58,800 nt of DNA from an uncultured Heliomicrobium sp. (GCA_964645355.1 CAZXZU010000003.1:1-58800), one strand, 5' to 3'. Positions 1 through 9,660 are shown, counted from the stretch's first letter. The notes: generated from the letters alone by a model not told the origin. Numbers and translations: made by a program.

Positions 1-2254
1 CCTTGAATCCGGTGGTCGAAGCCGTCAGCCCCGCGATGTTGTACCGCTCGCTGGCAGTGTTCGTGCCCGCGCCATTGGAGAAATAATAGTTGCCGTTGCT
101 GTCGGTCGTCACCGTGTCGAGCACGGTCGTGCCGTCGGGTGCGATCAACTGCACAGCGACGCCGCTGATGCCCATCTCGCCCGCGTCCTGAACGCCGTCG
201 TTGTCGGCGTCCATCCAAATGCGGTTGCCGACTTCGATGGAAGGCACGGAGCACAATGCCTCGATGTCGCCGATGCCTCCGCCTTTGCCCAAATTGCTTG
301 TTCCGGTCGAACCCACTACCTCATAACCTCTCGCCAAAGCCCCTGTTGAAGTATTGAAATACCGAACGCCTTGAGAGAAAAAGGCCAGTGGGTCAAGCGA
401 CGTTTGCGCCACTTCCCCCTTGCCGTAAACAGTCGTCAGACCGCCATTGCCGGTTTCGTAATGCCCGTCTCCGGTGAGGACCGCCGTGTTCACAAAGAAA
501 TCGCCGTAAAAGAATTCGCCGACGCCGTTTGGTCCGTCTGTGTTGAGAAAGCCCGGATAACCGGGAATTCCAATATCGTTGACGCCTGTTCCCTCGACCA
601 CAAACGAGCTTCCCTGTTTCTGAGCGCGAATAACGTCTCCGGCTACAACGCCGAATCTCAAGGCCACGTCGGTGGAGATTGCCTGATATTGTCCCCAGCC
701 TGCCTGATGTCCGAAGCGGTCAGCCAGACCAATCACCATCGAACCGTCATCAGTGAAAGTGATATCCGAAAGAATCGGTTGCGGTGCCGACGTGAAGTTG
801 GCAAAAACAGGAGCGTCCACGTCAGACCAGGTGTTGGTCCAACGTTGCCATAGCCCAGTGGTCGCCAGCGCTCCGATCCTGTGGGCAGGCTCGCGGCTGT
901 AATCAAGTGCGAAGTTGACGACGGTTGTGAAGCTGGTTGGATTGGCCGGGTCGAACGACAGCACGTAGGCGCGCTGGTCCGGCGACTGCTTACGAGTCGC
1001 GGAACCGGAAGCGTCGCAAACCGCGCCCAGATAACCAACGCCGTTGCGAAAGGCCAGTCCCCAGGGGCGCAGTTGGCCGCTGGTGCAGCTTGGCGCGCCC
1101 GAAATCGTTTGTCCGCCGCCAGAAACAATGTTGTAGCTTCGCACCAAACTGCCGGCCAGAGTGTTGGGATTGCTGGCCAGATTCGTGATCGGCGAACTGA
1201 TGTCCACCGCGATCAACGTGCGCTGAAAGAGGTTGACCGCCCACAGCGTTCTGCCGTCTTCGGTCACGTCAATGTCGCCGTAACTCATCTTGCCGACCTT
1301 GTCGAAGGCATCCAGGTCCCAACTCGGCTGGGTGTTGGTCGTTGACAGCCCATTGTCATTGCCTGAAGCAACGGCTCCCGCGCCAACGCTGTTTCGCGTA
1401 ACCGAGCCGAGGTCAATCGCCGCGCCGCCGTTCGACGGCGTGACTCCCTGCAGGTCGAATCCGCCCGCCAGCACAGCCGCTGCCGAATTGGTGTAATCCA
1501 GCACGTAAATGCCGTCCGCGCCGCGCGGGCCAATCGTCGAATGGCGCTTGAGCATGGAACCGGCGAAGACCTGTTTCGTCGAGGCTTGATAAGCAATCCC
1601 CCAGGTCGTTCCAAGATTGGCTGCGGAGAAAGTTGCGGGTTTGGTCGGCATCGGCGATGCGCCCGTGTCGTTGTAATTGAAATGGACTATGACCGGATTA
1701 TTGTTGCTGCTGGTGTCGCCGTTTTCATAACAGGGCACGACCATCACCGGATTGGCGTCGCCGCAATCCGCCGGATTGCGGACGCCGAAGTTGACGTTGG
1801 TGGCCGGGGCCGAAGCAACGAACTGCACGCTGGTGCCGCTGCCCGTTCCAAACGGGCTGGTTTTTAGATAACTCAAGCTCGCCGGGATAAAGAACTCGAC
1901 GCGGTAAGGCCCGGTGCCTACGTCTGATGTCGCAATACTGTAATTGCCGTTGGCATCCGTGGTCACCACGCCGCCGGGCGTGACGTTCGTTCCGGCGGCG
2001 TTGTAAGCATGCACTTCCATCCCCTCCACCCCAGGCTCATTCGCGCCATCATCAACACCGTCGGCGTCGAAATCGCGGAAGACATTGCCGCTGACCGCGC
2101 CGCTGACACTGATTGGCCCGCGCAGGAAATTTATCGCTTCCGCTCGCCAACTCTGAAAACCCAAAGCCGCAGTCAAACAACTTCCAATAATGACCGCTGC
2201 AATCGCCAGGCGCTTGACCGTAAAACTCATATTCCGTGTGTGTGTGGTTCGCAT
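1..2254 (-). CDS. secreted SdrD/Cna-B-type repeat surface protein (C-terminus lies beyond window start)
   Basis: Absent from the ORF track because it has no stop inside the window. My minus-strand translation in the frame of codon 2..4 stays open from 2254 to position 2. GGAG lies 5 nt upstream of the ATG at 2254; alternative ATGs are at 2230 and 2302. N-terminus MRTTHTRNMSFTVKRLAIAAVIIGSCLTAALG is a signal peptide. It is followed by GNVFRDFDADGVDDGANEPGVEGMEVHAY..DANGNYSI and, near the window edge, GNRIWMDADNDGVQDAGEMGISGVAVQLIAPDGT..DSNGNYYF, which are SdrD B-like repeats. None of the reported minus-strand shadow ORFs uses this frame. Confidence 0.75.
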   Translation of the reverse strand, partial: MRTTHTRNMSFTVKRLAIAAVIIGSCLTAALGFQSWRAEAINFLRGPISVSGAVSGNVFRDFDADGVDDGANEPGVEGMEVHAYNAAGTNVTPGGVVTTDANGNYSIATSDVGTGPYRVEFFIPASLSYLKTSPFGTGSGTSVQFVASAPATNVNFGVRNPADCGDANPVMVVPCYENGDTSSNNNPVIVHFNYNDTGASPMPTKPATFSAANLGTTWGIAYQASTKQVFAGSMLKRHSTIGPRGADGIYVLDYTNSAAAVLAGGFDLQGVTPSNGGAAIDLGSVTRNSVGAGAVASGNDNGLSTTNTQPSWDLDAFDKVGKMSYGDIDVTEDGRTLWAVNLFQRTLIAVDISSPITNLASNPNTLAGSLVRSYNIVSGGGQTISGAPSCTSGQLRPWGLAFRNGVGYLGAVCDASGSATRKQSPDQRAYVLSFDPANPTSFTTVVNFALDYSREPAHRIGALATTGLWQRWTNTWSDVDAPVFANFTSAPQPILSDITFTDDGSMVIGLADRFGHQAGWGQYQAISTDVALRFGVVAGDVIRAQKQGSSFVVEGTGVNDIGIPGYPGFLNTDGPNGVGEFFYGDFFVNTAVLTGDGHYETGNGGLTTVYGKGEVAQTSLDPLAFFSQGVRYFNTSTGALARGYEVVGSTGTSNLGKGGGIGDIEALCSVPSIEVGNRIWMDADNDGVQDAGEMGISGVAVQLIAPDGTTVLDTVTTDSNGNYYFSNGAGTNTASERYNIAGLTASTTGFK

Positions 2255-3205
2255 AATCTCTCCTGAGATAAACACCGCTACCAGAGCGCATTCGCTCAGC
2301 ATACGGCGGTGCAAGGGGTGAGGGGTTGTTGGTTAATTCGGATGAGCGAGCCTTGTTTTATGGACGGCGGCTTCGGTAGGATAGCCATCGAAACCTGTCA
2401 TCCAATCTCTCGCTTATCCGGCGATTTGTTGGTAACGCTTGTAACTCCAAGTAATGGTTTCACCGGCGGGGAGCGTGTTCCAGACGCTTCCCGCTTTGAT
2501 TTGTCCTGACTCAACCTTCGTCGCGCTCGCGGCGTTTAACTTTGGCCGTGGGGCCTCGGCTCCTGGCCGTCGCGTCAGCAATGCCTGAATTCCATCTTCG
2601 CTGACTCGACAAAGAGGTGTTTCCTGTCCTGCTCGGCTGAAACGCCAAGCTCAGATCACACCGTCGCTGACGCAACGAAGACGGATCAAACACTTAATCA
2701 AGTTTTGATTTACGAGTTCGCAAAAAAGTGAAGCAGCTTTTTTTAGTGATAATCCTGCGCGTGGGGATGAGTTCAACTGCCCGGAGTTCAGACTTTAACC
2801 GAGTGGGCGGAAAGTGCTTGCCGGGTGGTTATCAGGATTTTGCTTGCTGTACCTCAGGATCGAAAACCGACTGTCGAAAGAGGAAAAATCCGACACAGAC
2901 AATTTAATTGCTGCCCCCACCTCGATCAAGCGATTTTTTATATTTATTCAACCTTTCAAGAAACTTTCGCATAATCCGACAAGGCATGTCGGAGCACGCG
3001 ACGCGAAATGCGAGATGCCGTCAGACGATGACTGACATTGAAAGCAGTCTGCGGTCATCGTTTCCAAGAGGATGTGATTGTCCGTTGCGCTTAAGCGTGG
3101 TAAATCTGCTCGCAAGGCAACTCGCCTTACCTTTAAGGTGACAAGTCCGAATCGCTTCATTACAATCCGCGCTTCTCACTCACACTACATACTTCCTGGT
3201 TATCA

Positions 3206-4303
3206 ATGGAGAGCAATTTAATGAGCGATGGTTTGCAGATTCGACAGGATGGCGCGCTGGATTTGTTGTCGCTGGGCGCGCTGGTTCACAGGCTTGATCC
3301 GGGCGTGATTCCGTTTCGCAAAGCGGTGACTTGCCAGATTCACGTCAGCGGAGGCGAGTTCAACGTCGCTGCCAATCTGGCGGACTGTTTCGGTTTACGC
3401 ACCGGCGTAGCCTCCGCGATGGTGGATTATCCGATTGGCGAATTGATCGGTGAGCGCGTCAAAGCCATGGGCGTCAAACCCTTTTACAAACGGTTCAAGC
3501 ACGACGGAGTTCGCGGCCCGAATATGGCTACGGTGTTCAGCGACAGAGGTTATGGCGTGCGCGCTCCCGTGGTCTTTTACAATCGATCGAATGAAGCGGC
3601 GGCTTTGCTGAAGCCGGGCGATTTCGATTGGGACGCGATTTTCGCCGGCGGAGTCCGTTGGTTTCACAGCGGAGGCATTTTCGCCGCTCTGTCTGAAACT
3701 ACGGCTGAGTTAATCATCGAAGGCATGCAAGCCGCTAAAGCTGCCGGAGCTGTGACTTCGTTCGATCTGAACTTCCGCGAAAAGCTGTGGAAAATTTCGG
3801 GCGGACAGGATCGCGCCGTTTCTGTCATTGATCGCATTGTCAAAAACGTAGACGTGTTGGTCGGCAACGAAGAAGATTTGCAAAAAGGCTTGGGCATTGC
3901 CGGCCCCGAAGTCGCGGCAAAATCGAAGCTGGATCCGGCGGCGTTCTTTGGCATGATTGATCGCGTCACGGTCAAACATCCAAACATCAAAATCGTGGCA
4001 ACTACCTTGCGCGAAGTCCACACCACCAGCCGCCATTCGTGGGGAGCCGTGGCCTGGGTCAACGGCGAACCTCACGTTTCGATGACTGCCGAACTGGACG
4101 TGCTTGACCGCGTAGGCGGCGGAGACGGGTTTGCCGCCGGATTCTTTTACGGCTTGCTGACGGGCGAAACTCCGGCGGAAGCATTGAAACTCGGCTGGGC
4201 GCATGGAGCATTGCTGACGACTTTCCCCGGCGATACGACGATGGCTTCGGTGGATCAGGTGCGAGCCTTTGCTCAGGGCGGCTCGGCGCGCATTCAGCGG
4301 TAA
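3206..4303 (+). CDS. PfkB-family sugar kinase (2-keto-3-deoxygluconate kinase-like)
   Basis: 365-aa ORF with the C-terminal PfkB signature DRVGGGDGFAAGFFYGLL and overall ribokinase-fold layout. GGAGAG lies 7 nt before the second ATG at 3221, which may be the true start. Confidence 0.75.
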   Translation: MESNLMSDGLQIRQDGALDLLSLGALVHRLDPGVIPFRKAVTCQIHVSGGEFNVAANLADCFGLRTGVASAMVDYPIGELIGERVKAMGVKPFYKRFKHDGVRGPNMATVFSDRGYGVRAPVVFYNRSNEAAALLKPGDFDWDAIFAGGVRWFHSGGIFAALSETTAELIIEGMQAAKAAGAVTSFDLNFREKLWKISGGQDRAVSVIDRIVKNVDVLVGNEEDLQKGLGIAGPEVAAKSKLDPAAFFGMIDRVTVKHPNIKIVATTLREVHTTSRHSWGAVAWVNGEPHVSMTAELDVLDRVGGGDGFAAGFFYGLLTGETPAEALKLGWAHGALLTTFPGDTTMASVDQVRAFAQGGSARIQR

Positions 4304-4343
4304 ATCAAATCTTTCAAGTAACTGCTCAGGAAGACGGCAAGAA

Positions 4344-4432
4344 AGATAACGGAACAAACGGAAATAACGGAATAAACTGAAGCCCTCTTCTCTTTTTTCC
4401 GTCTGTTCAGTTATTTCCGTTTGTTCCGTTAT
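4344..4432. repeat. periodic-unit hairpin element (9-nt units ATAACGGAA-like); probable terminator of the kinase gene
   Basis: 4344-4367 (GATAACGGAACAAACGGAAATAAC) is the perfect reverse complement of 4409-4432, a 24-bp stem. The arms are built of about 4 tandem 9-nt units. A T-rich tract follows (TTCAGTTTTTCTGG). It sits 40 nt after the kinase stop. Confidence 0.7.
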
Positions 4433-4509
4433 CTATTCAGTTTTTCTGGACAAGAACATTCGATGGCCTGAGTAGTTACTTTTTCAAAACGAACATTGAG
4501 AGGTAGAAA

Positions 4510-5676
4510 ATGAATCCGTTAGTAGAAGTAGAAAAGCTCGGCCAAAGTATTTGGTACGACAACATTCGCCGCTTGTTGATAGACAACGGCGACATTGCCG
4601 GAAAGATCGCCAATGACGATTTGCGCGGCATCACATCCAACCCGACGATCTTTGAAAAAGCCATCGCGGGCAGCACCGATTACAACGACGCGATGCAAAA
4701 ACTGATCGCCGAAGGCAAAAGCGTCAACGATATTTACGAGAGCTTGGCCATCGAAGACATTCAGCGCACAGCCGATTTGTTCACGTCGGTTTACGAGCGC
4801 ACGAACAAGCTGGACGGTTATGTCAGTTTGGAAGTTTCTCCGCTGCTGGCGCGTGACACCGCCGGGACAGTCGCCGAAGCAAAACGTTTGTGGGCGACGC
4901 TCGGTCGTCCGAACGTTTGCATCAAGATTCCGGCTACGCCCGAAGGCATTCCGGCAATTCGCCAGGTTATCGCCGCCGGAATCAACGTCAACGTGACGAT
5001 GATTTTCGCGCTGGAAAATTATGAAGAAGTCACCGACGCATTTATCTCCGGTCTGGAAGATCGCGCTGCTGCCGGTCAGCCGATTGACCACGTAGCTTCG
5101 GTCGCCAGCGTTTTTGTTTCGCGCATTGATTCGGCGGTTGACGCTCAACTGGAAGCTCGCATTCGCCACTCCAACGACGAAAACGAAAAGATGACGTTGA
5201 GTTCCCTGCTGGGCAAAGCCGCCATCGCCAACGCCAAGCTTCAGTATCAATGCTTCAAGAAAATTTTCGCCAGCGAACGTTTCGCCAAGCTGAAAGCCAA
5301 AGGCGCGCAAGCTCAGCGTCCGTTGTGGGCTTCGACCGGAACGAAGAATCCGGCTTACAGCGACGTGCTTTACGTTGACAGCTTGATAGCAGCAGACACG
5401 GTAAACACGATTCCGCCCGCGACTTACACGGCTTTCCGCGATCACGGAACAGTCGCGCTGACGATTGAAACCGGTTTGGATCAAGCCAAAACCGATCTGG
5501 CTAAACTGGCTGAACTCGGAGTCAGTTTGGAAGCCGTTTGCCAAAAACTTCAAGACGACGGCGTCAAAGCCTTTGCCGATTCGTTCGAAAGCCTGATGCA
5601 GACGATTCAATCGAAACAAGCCGCGATGACCAGCGGGCTGGCGGATCGCATGGAGGCTGCACTGGGAAAAGCCTAG
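4510..5676 (+). CDS. tal: transaldolase (long type)
   Basis: 388-aa ORF with GAGAGG 6 nt upstream of the ATG. N-terminus MNPLVEVEKLGQSIWYDNIRR...ITSNPTIFEKAI is typical of transaldolase. Ends ...AALGKA* at 5674-5676. Confidence 0.9.
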   Translation: MNPLVEVEKLGQSIWYDNIRRLLIDNGDIAGKIANDDLRGITSNPTIFEKAIAGSTDYNDAMQKLIAEGKSVNDIYESLAIEDIQRTADLFTSVYERTNKLDGYVSLEVSPLLARDTAGTVAEAKRLWATLGRPNVCIKIPATPEGIPAIRQVIAAGINVNVTMIFALENYEEVTDAFISGLEDRAAAGQPIDHVASVASVFVSRIDSAVDAQLEARIRHSNDENEKMTLSSLLGKAAIANAKLQYQCFKKIFASERFAKLKAKGAQAQRPLWASTGTKNPAYSDVLYVDSLIAADTVNTIPPATYTAFRDHGTVALTIETGLDQAKTDLAKLAELGVSLEAVCQKLQDDGVKAFADSFESLMQTIQSKQAAMTSGLADRMEAALGKA

Positions 5677-7385
5677 ACGCCGTATCCCAGGTCATCAGTC
5701 GCGCGGAAGCCGAGCAATGGACTCGGAAAATCTGGCGCAAGGATGCGGCGTTATGGAAGTCGGATGAAGACAACGCGAAGATCATTCGCAACTCGCTCGG
5801 TTGGGTGACGGTGATTGAACAGGTCAGCGCGGCAGCCGAAGAACTCGCAGCTTTCAGCGCGCGGATAAGAAATGACGGCTTTAAGCACGTCATGTTGCTC
5901 GGAATGGGCGGTAGCAGTTTGTGCCCTGAAGTCTTCCGGCGCACGTTCGGAAAAACTCCTGGCTTCCCCGAACTGCACGTGCTGGACAGCACAGACCCGG
6001 CGACGGTTGCTGCGCTTGAAGCCAAAGTTGATCTGGCCAAAACGCTGTTTGTCGTTGCCAGCAAGTCAGGTTCAACAGTCGAACCGTTGATGTTTTACCG
6101 CTACTTTTTCGACCGCGTGCGCCAGCTAAAAGGCGACAAGGCGGGCGAAAACTTCATCACCATCACAGACCCAGGAACACAGATGGAGCAGTACGCGAAA
6201 GACGACCGCTTCCGTCGAATCTTCCTGAATCCATCGGACATCGGCGGACGTTATTCGGCTCTGTCATTTTTCGGAATGGTTCCGGCTGCGCTGCAAGGCT
6301 TCGATTTCAAAACCTTGATTGACCGAGCCGAACGCGCCATGCACGCCTGCTCGCCAGTGGTTCCGGCTGCTGAAAATCCTGCGGTTCGATTGGGAGCAAT
6401 CATCGGAACTCTGGCGCTGGAAGGCCGCAACAAGATGACGCTGACCACCGATCCTGAAATCGCTTCGCTGGGTTTGTGGATTGAACAGCTTGTGGCCGAA
6501 AGCTCCGGCAAAGAAAGCAAAGGCATTTTGCCCGTCGCCGGCGAACCGCTGGGCAAGCCCTCGGTTTACGGCAATGACAGAGTTTTCATTCACATCGCAG
6601 TCGGTCTGATTGATCCCGAAGCCGAAAATAAGCTGCGCGTTCTGGAAGCCGCCGGCCATCCGGTTGTTCGCAGAGTCTTGAACGACACGCTCGATCTGGG
6701 CGAAGAGTTTTACCTGTGGGAAATGGCTACGGCTGTGGCAGGCAAGATTCTCGACATCAATCCTTTCGATCAACCGAACGTTCAGGAATCGAAAGATCAC
6801 ACCGTCAACCTGCTGGAAGATTTCAGAAAGCACAGCAAACTGACTGACCAATCTCTGAAACCGGAAGCTCGCCAGCATTTGGCGGTCGAAGGTCGGGGGC
6901 TGAAGATTTTCTGCACCGAATCAACGATCAACAAACTTGACGCAAACCAACCAGTTGAATCGTTCATCGGCGCTCATCTGAAACGTGTCGGAGTCGGCGA
7001 TTACGTCACGCTCTGTGATTACATTCAGGAAAGCGACGAACACGAAGCCTTGCTGCAAAACATTCGCAATCACTTGCGCGATGCCTTGCACGTGGCGACG
7101 ACGACGGGTTACGGGCCGCGATTCCTGCATTCAACCGGCCAGCTTCACAAAGGCGGAGACGACAGCGGCGTGTTCCTTCAAATCACGGCTGACGATGCGC
7201 GGGACGTTCCACTGCCCGGCGAACCGTTCGGCTTCAGCGTGCTGAAACAGGCTCAGGCACTGGGCGATTTCGCTTCGCTGGCCAGTCGTCATCGCCGAGC
7301 GATTCGCGTTCATTTGGGCGCTGACATTGCGGCAGGGTTGAAAACGCTGCTGGCGATTGTGCAAAGCCAGTTGCCGATTCTTTGA
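5664..7385 (+). CDS. pgi: glucose-6-phosphate isomerase domain, in the -1 frame relative to tal and without its own start codon (probable Tal-Pgi fusion by frameshift or indel)
   Basis: PGI motifs are present: MLLGMGGSSLCPEVF and VVASKSGSTVEP. Homology-like sequence (SLDAVSQVISRAEAEQWTRKIWRKDAALW) begins right at the tal stop. The first in-frame ATG/GTG/TTG after the tal stop is GTG at 5805. The ORF-track start at 5538 lies 139 nt inside tal and encodes Arg-rich junk. Confidence 0.8.
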   Translation, partial: GKSLDAVSQVISRAEAEQWTRKIWRKDAALWKSDEDNAKIIRNSLGWVTVIEQVSAAAEELAAFSARIRNDGFKHVMLLGMGGSSLCPEVFRRTFGKTPGFPELHVLDSTDPATVAALEAKVDLAKTLFVVASKSGSTVEPLMFYRYFFDRVRQLKGDKAGENFITITDPGTQMEQYAKDDRFRRIFLNPSDIGGRYSALSFFGMVPAALQGFDFKTLIDRAERAMHACSPVVPAAENPAVRLGAIIGTLALEGRNKMTLTTDPEIASLGLWIEQLVAESSGKESKGILPVAGEPLGKPSVYGNDRVFIHIAVGLIDPEAENKLRVLEAAGHPVVRRVLNDTLDLGEEFYLWEMATAVAGKILDINPFDQPNVQESKDHTVNLLEDFRKHSKLTDQSLKPEARQHLAVEGRGLKIFCTESTINKLDANQPVESFIGAHLKRVGVGDYVTLCDYIQESDEHEALLQNIRNHLRDALHVATTTGYGPRFLHSTGQLHKGGDDSGVFLQITADDARDVPLPGEPFGFSVLKQAQALGDFASLASRHRRAIRVHLGADIAAGLKTLLAIVQSQLPIL

Positions 7386-7436
7386 GGCGAAGGCAAAAGG
7401 AACACAGACCATCGTTTGCCAAGTTACAAATGCCAG

Positions 7437-7477
7437 GGCGATTGGACTTTATACTGAGTTCAATCGCCTTTCATTTT
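7437..7477 (+). terminator. possible intrinsic terminator after pgi
   Basis: GGCGATTG (7437-7444) pairs with CAATCGCC (7461-7468), followed by TTTCATTTT. The loop is long (16 nt), so this is weak. Confidence 0.3.
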
Positions 7478-7506
7478 GAGAAAATTCGGAGGTTCCCGGA
7501 GGTTAA

Positions 7507-8667
7507 ATGACCACACTCGATGTCGAACAAGCAGTGGCTGACAGATACAGTCAGGCAGCGCAACAGCAGGAAGCAGCTTTGTGTTGCCCAATAAACTATG
7601 ACCCAAAATATCTAAGAGCTATACCCGATGAGATCATAGATCGGGATTATGGCTGTGGCGACCCGTCGGCATTTTTACGCGAAGGCGACGTCGCGTTGGA
7701 TTTGGGATCGGGCGGCGGCAAAATTTGTTTCATCGCTTCGCAGATCGTTGGCTCGACAGGCCGTGTCATAGGCGTGGATATGAACGAAGAAATGTTGGCG
7801 CTGGCTGAAAAACATCGGCACGCGATTGGCGACAAAATCGGTTATCACAACGTCGAATTCCGCAAAGGACGGATTCAGGATTTGCAGTTGAATCTGTCGC
7901 TGGTTGGCGATTATCTAGGCGAATATCCAATCCGTTCAGCGAATGAACTGGCGCGCTTCAATGCTTACTGCGATCAGATCAGACAATCGCGCCCGTTGGT
8001 CGCCGATGAATCGGTGGATGTCGTGCTGTCGAATTGCGTGCTGAATCTGGTGCGGCCAGAAGACAAGGGACAACTGTTCGCGGAAATGTTCAGAGTCTTG
8101 CGTCGCGGCGGTCGAGTGGCAATCAGCGACATTGTCAGCGATGAAGACGTGCCTGAAGAATTGCGGCGCGACCCTGAATTATGGTCGGGCTGCATTTCCG
8201 GCGCTTACCGCGAAGACGCTTTTCTGGAAGCTTTCGACCGAGCGGGTTTTTACGGGATGGAAATCGTCAAACGCGATGAAAAGCCCTGGCAAACAGTTCA
8301 AGGGATCGAGTTTCGTTCAATGACCGTTGTCGCGCACAAAGGCAAACAAGGTCAGTGTTGGGAACGCAAACAAGCAGTGATTTACCGCGGCCCCTGGCGC
8401 AAGGTCATTGACGACGACGGCCACGTTCTGGAGCGCGGCAAACGCATGGCTGTCTGCGACAAGACTTTTCAGATATACAGCCGCGAACCTTATGCCTCTG
8501 AAATCGTCGCCGTTGAGCCGATAGAAAACATCTCGCTTGAAAATGCCGCTGAGTTTGATTGCAAACGATCAGTTGTTCGCCACCCACGAGAAACCAAAGG
8601 GCAGGATTACGATCTGACGGATTTATCAAACTCAAATTGTTGCGAGCCTGGCTCCAACTGCTGTTAA
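7507..8667 (+). CDS. arsM: SAM-dependent methyltransferase, arsenite methyltransferase (ArsM)-like
   Basis: GGAGG is present upstream. Motifs: ALCCP, YGCGDP, SAM-binding VALDLGSGGGK, VIGVDMNEEML, SNCVLNLV and SGCISGA. These match the ArsM conserved-Cys layout. The tail is Cys-rich (NCCEPGSNCC*). Confidence 0.7.
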   Translation: MTTLDVEQAVADRYSQAAQQQEAALCCPINYDPKYLRAIPDEIIDRDYGCGDPSAFLREGDVALDLGSGGGKICFIASQIVGSTGRVIGVDMNEEMLALAEKHRHAIGDKIGYHNVEFRKGRIQDLQLNLSLVGDYLGEYPIRSANELARFNAYCDQIRQSRPLVADESVDVVLSNCVLNLVRPEDKGQLFAEMFRVLRRGGRVAISDIVSDEDVPEELRRDPELWSGCISGAYREDAFLEAFDRAGFYGMEIVKRDEKPWQTVQGIEFRSMTVVAHKGKQGQCWERKQAVIYRGPWRKVIDDDGHVLERGKRMAVCDKTFQIYSREPYASEIVAVEPIENISLENAAEFDCKRSVVRHPRETKGQDYDLTDLSNSNCCEPGSNCC

Positions 8668-8686
8668 TCGCTTCCTCTGCCTGACA

Positions 8687-9274
8687 ATGGAAATTCTGAC
8701 TGCCGCGACAACTCTGTTTTTGATTATGGATCCGCTGGGCAACGTGCCGGTTTTTATCTCGTTGCTGAAAAACGTCGCACCTGAACGACGGCGGCTGATT
8801 CTGATTCGTGAACTGGTCATTGCTTATCTGGTCATGCTGGTGTTTCTGCTTTCCGGCCAACACCTGCTGAAATTTCTGAGCCTGAAGCAGGAATCCATCA
8901 GCATCGCCGGAGGCATCGTCCTGTTCCTGATTGCGTTGCGAATGATCTTTCCGCAGGAAGGCGGGATTATGGGCGAGCAAACCGACGGCGAACCGTTCAT
9001 CGTTCCGCTGGCGATTCCGATGGTTGCAGGGCCTTCGACTTTGGCTGCGCTGATGTTGATGGCGCAATCGGCTCCGAAGCGTATGTCCAGTTGGGTTTTG
9101 GCTTTGACGGCGGCGTGGGTGGTGACGGCTGTGATTCTGCTGGCTTCGCCGTTGTTTTTCAGACTGCTGAGACAGCGCGGTTTAACAGCGATGGAGCGGT
9201 TGATGGGAATGTTGCTGGTGATGATGTCGGTTCAAATGTTCCTGGACGGACTGGCTCAATACCTTCGCAAATAA
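8687..9274 (+). CDS. marC: MarC-family (UPF0056) integral membrane protein
   Basis: 195 aa and multi-TM. N-terminus MEILTAATTLFLIMDPLGNVPVFISLL is the characteristic MarC-family motif. Confidence 0.8.
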   Translation: MEILTAATTLFLIMDPLGNVPVFISLLKNVAPERRRLILIRELVIAYLVMLVFLLSGQHLLKFLSLKQESISIAGGIVLFLIALRMIFPQEGGIMGEQTDGEPFIVPLAIPMVAGPSTLAALMLMAQSAPKRMSSWVLALTAAWVVTAVILLASPLFFRLLRQRGLTAMERLMGMLLVMMSVQMFLDGLAQYLRK

Positions 9275-9288
9275 CCGGCCTAATTCCT

Positions 9289-9651
9289 TCAAGTCCGCCG
9301 TTTGGATAACAACGCGCAGACAAAGCCAAAGACGGCAAGCGCCAGCATCAAGCCAATCAAAAATTCCAATGTCGAGTTTCTCTCCGGCTGGCACTTCAAC
9401 CATTCCGGCGACAAGCCAACGAATAGCGCCATGTAAAAGACTCCCGCCGTAAACGCCCAACCGCTGGCTAAAACCGTCACCTCCGACCGTTGTCGAGTTT
9501 GAAAAAATCCGACCAGCAACCAGGCGACGATGACGTAATCCACAATCCACAACGGAGCGAATTGCCAATTGCCCCAATTGATGACGGCTTCACCGATGCC
9601 AAGCCCAATGGCGAAGATCAGCGCCAGCCAGCGACTCAGTTGCAACAACAT
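9289..9651 (-). CDS. small hydrophobic membrane protein, unknown function
   Basis: 120-aa ORF with about 4 hydrophobic segments. It converges on marC with a 14-nt gap. No recognisable family. Confidence 0.5.
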   Translation of the reverse strand: MLLQLSRWLALIFAIGLGIGEAVINWGNWQFAPLWIVDYVIVAWLLVGFFQTRQRSEVTVLASGWAFTAGVFYMALFVGLSPEWLKCQPERNSTLEFLIGLMLALAVFGFVCALLSKRRT

Positions 9652-9660
9652 TTTTGCTCC

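Noticed and set aside
2309-2693. Small ORFs 2309-2509(+) and 2511-2693(-), and an unlisted stop-to-stop frame 2414-2650(-) ending ..GSVWNTLPAGETITWSYKRYQQIAG*
   Set aside because: They have no start-codon or SD support, no recognisable motifs, and mutually overlapping frames. They are kept only as part of the ORF-poor-gap observation.
5538-5663. ORF-track start (5538) for the 615-aa pgi ORF
   Set aside because: This part lies wholly inside the well-supported tal frame and encodes Arg-rich non-homologous sequence (MPKTSRRRRQSLCRFVRK...). PGI-like sequence starts only at the tal stop.
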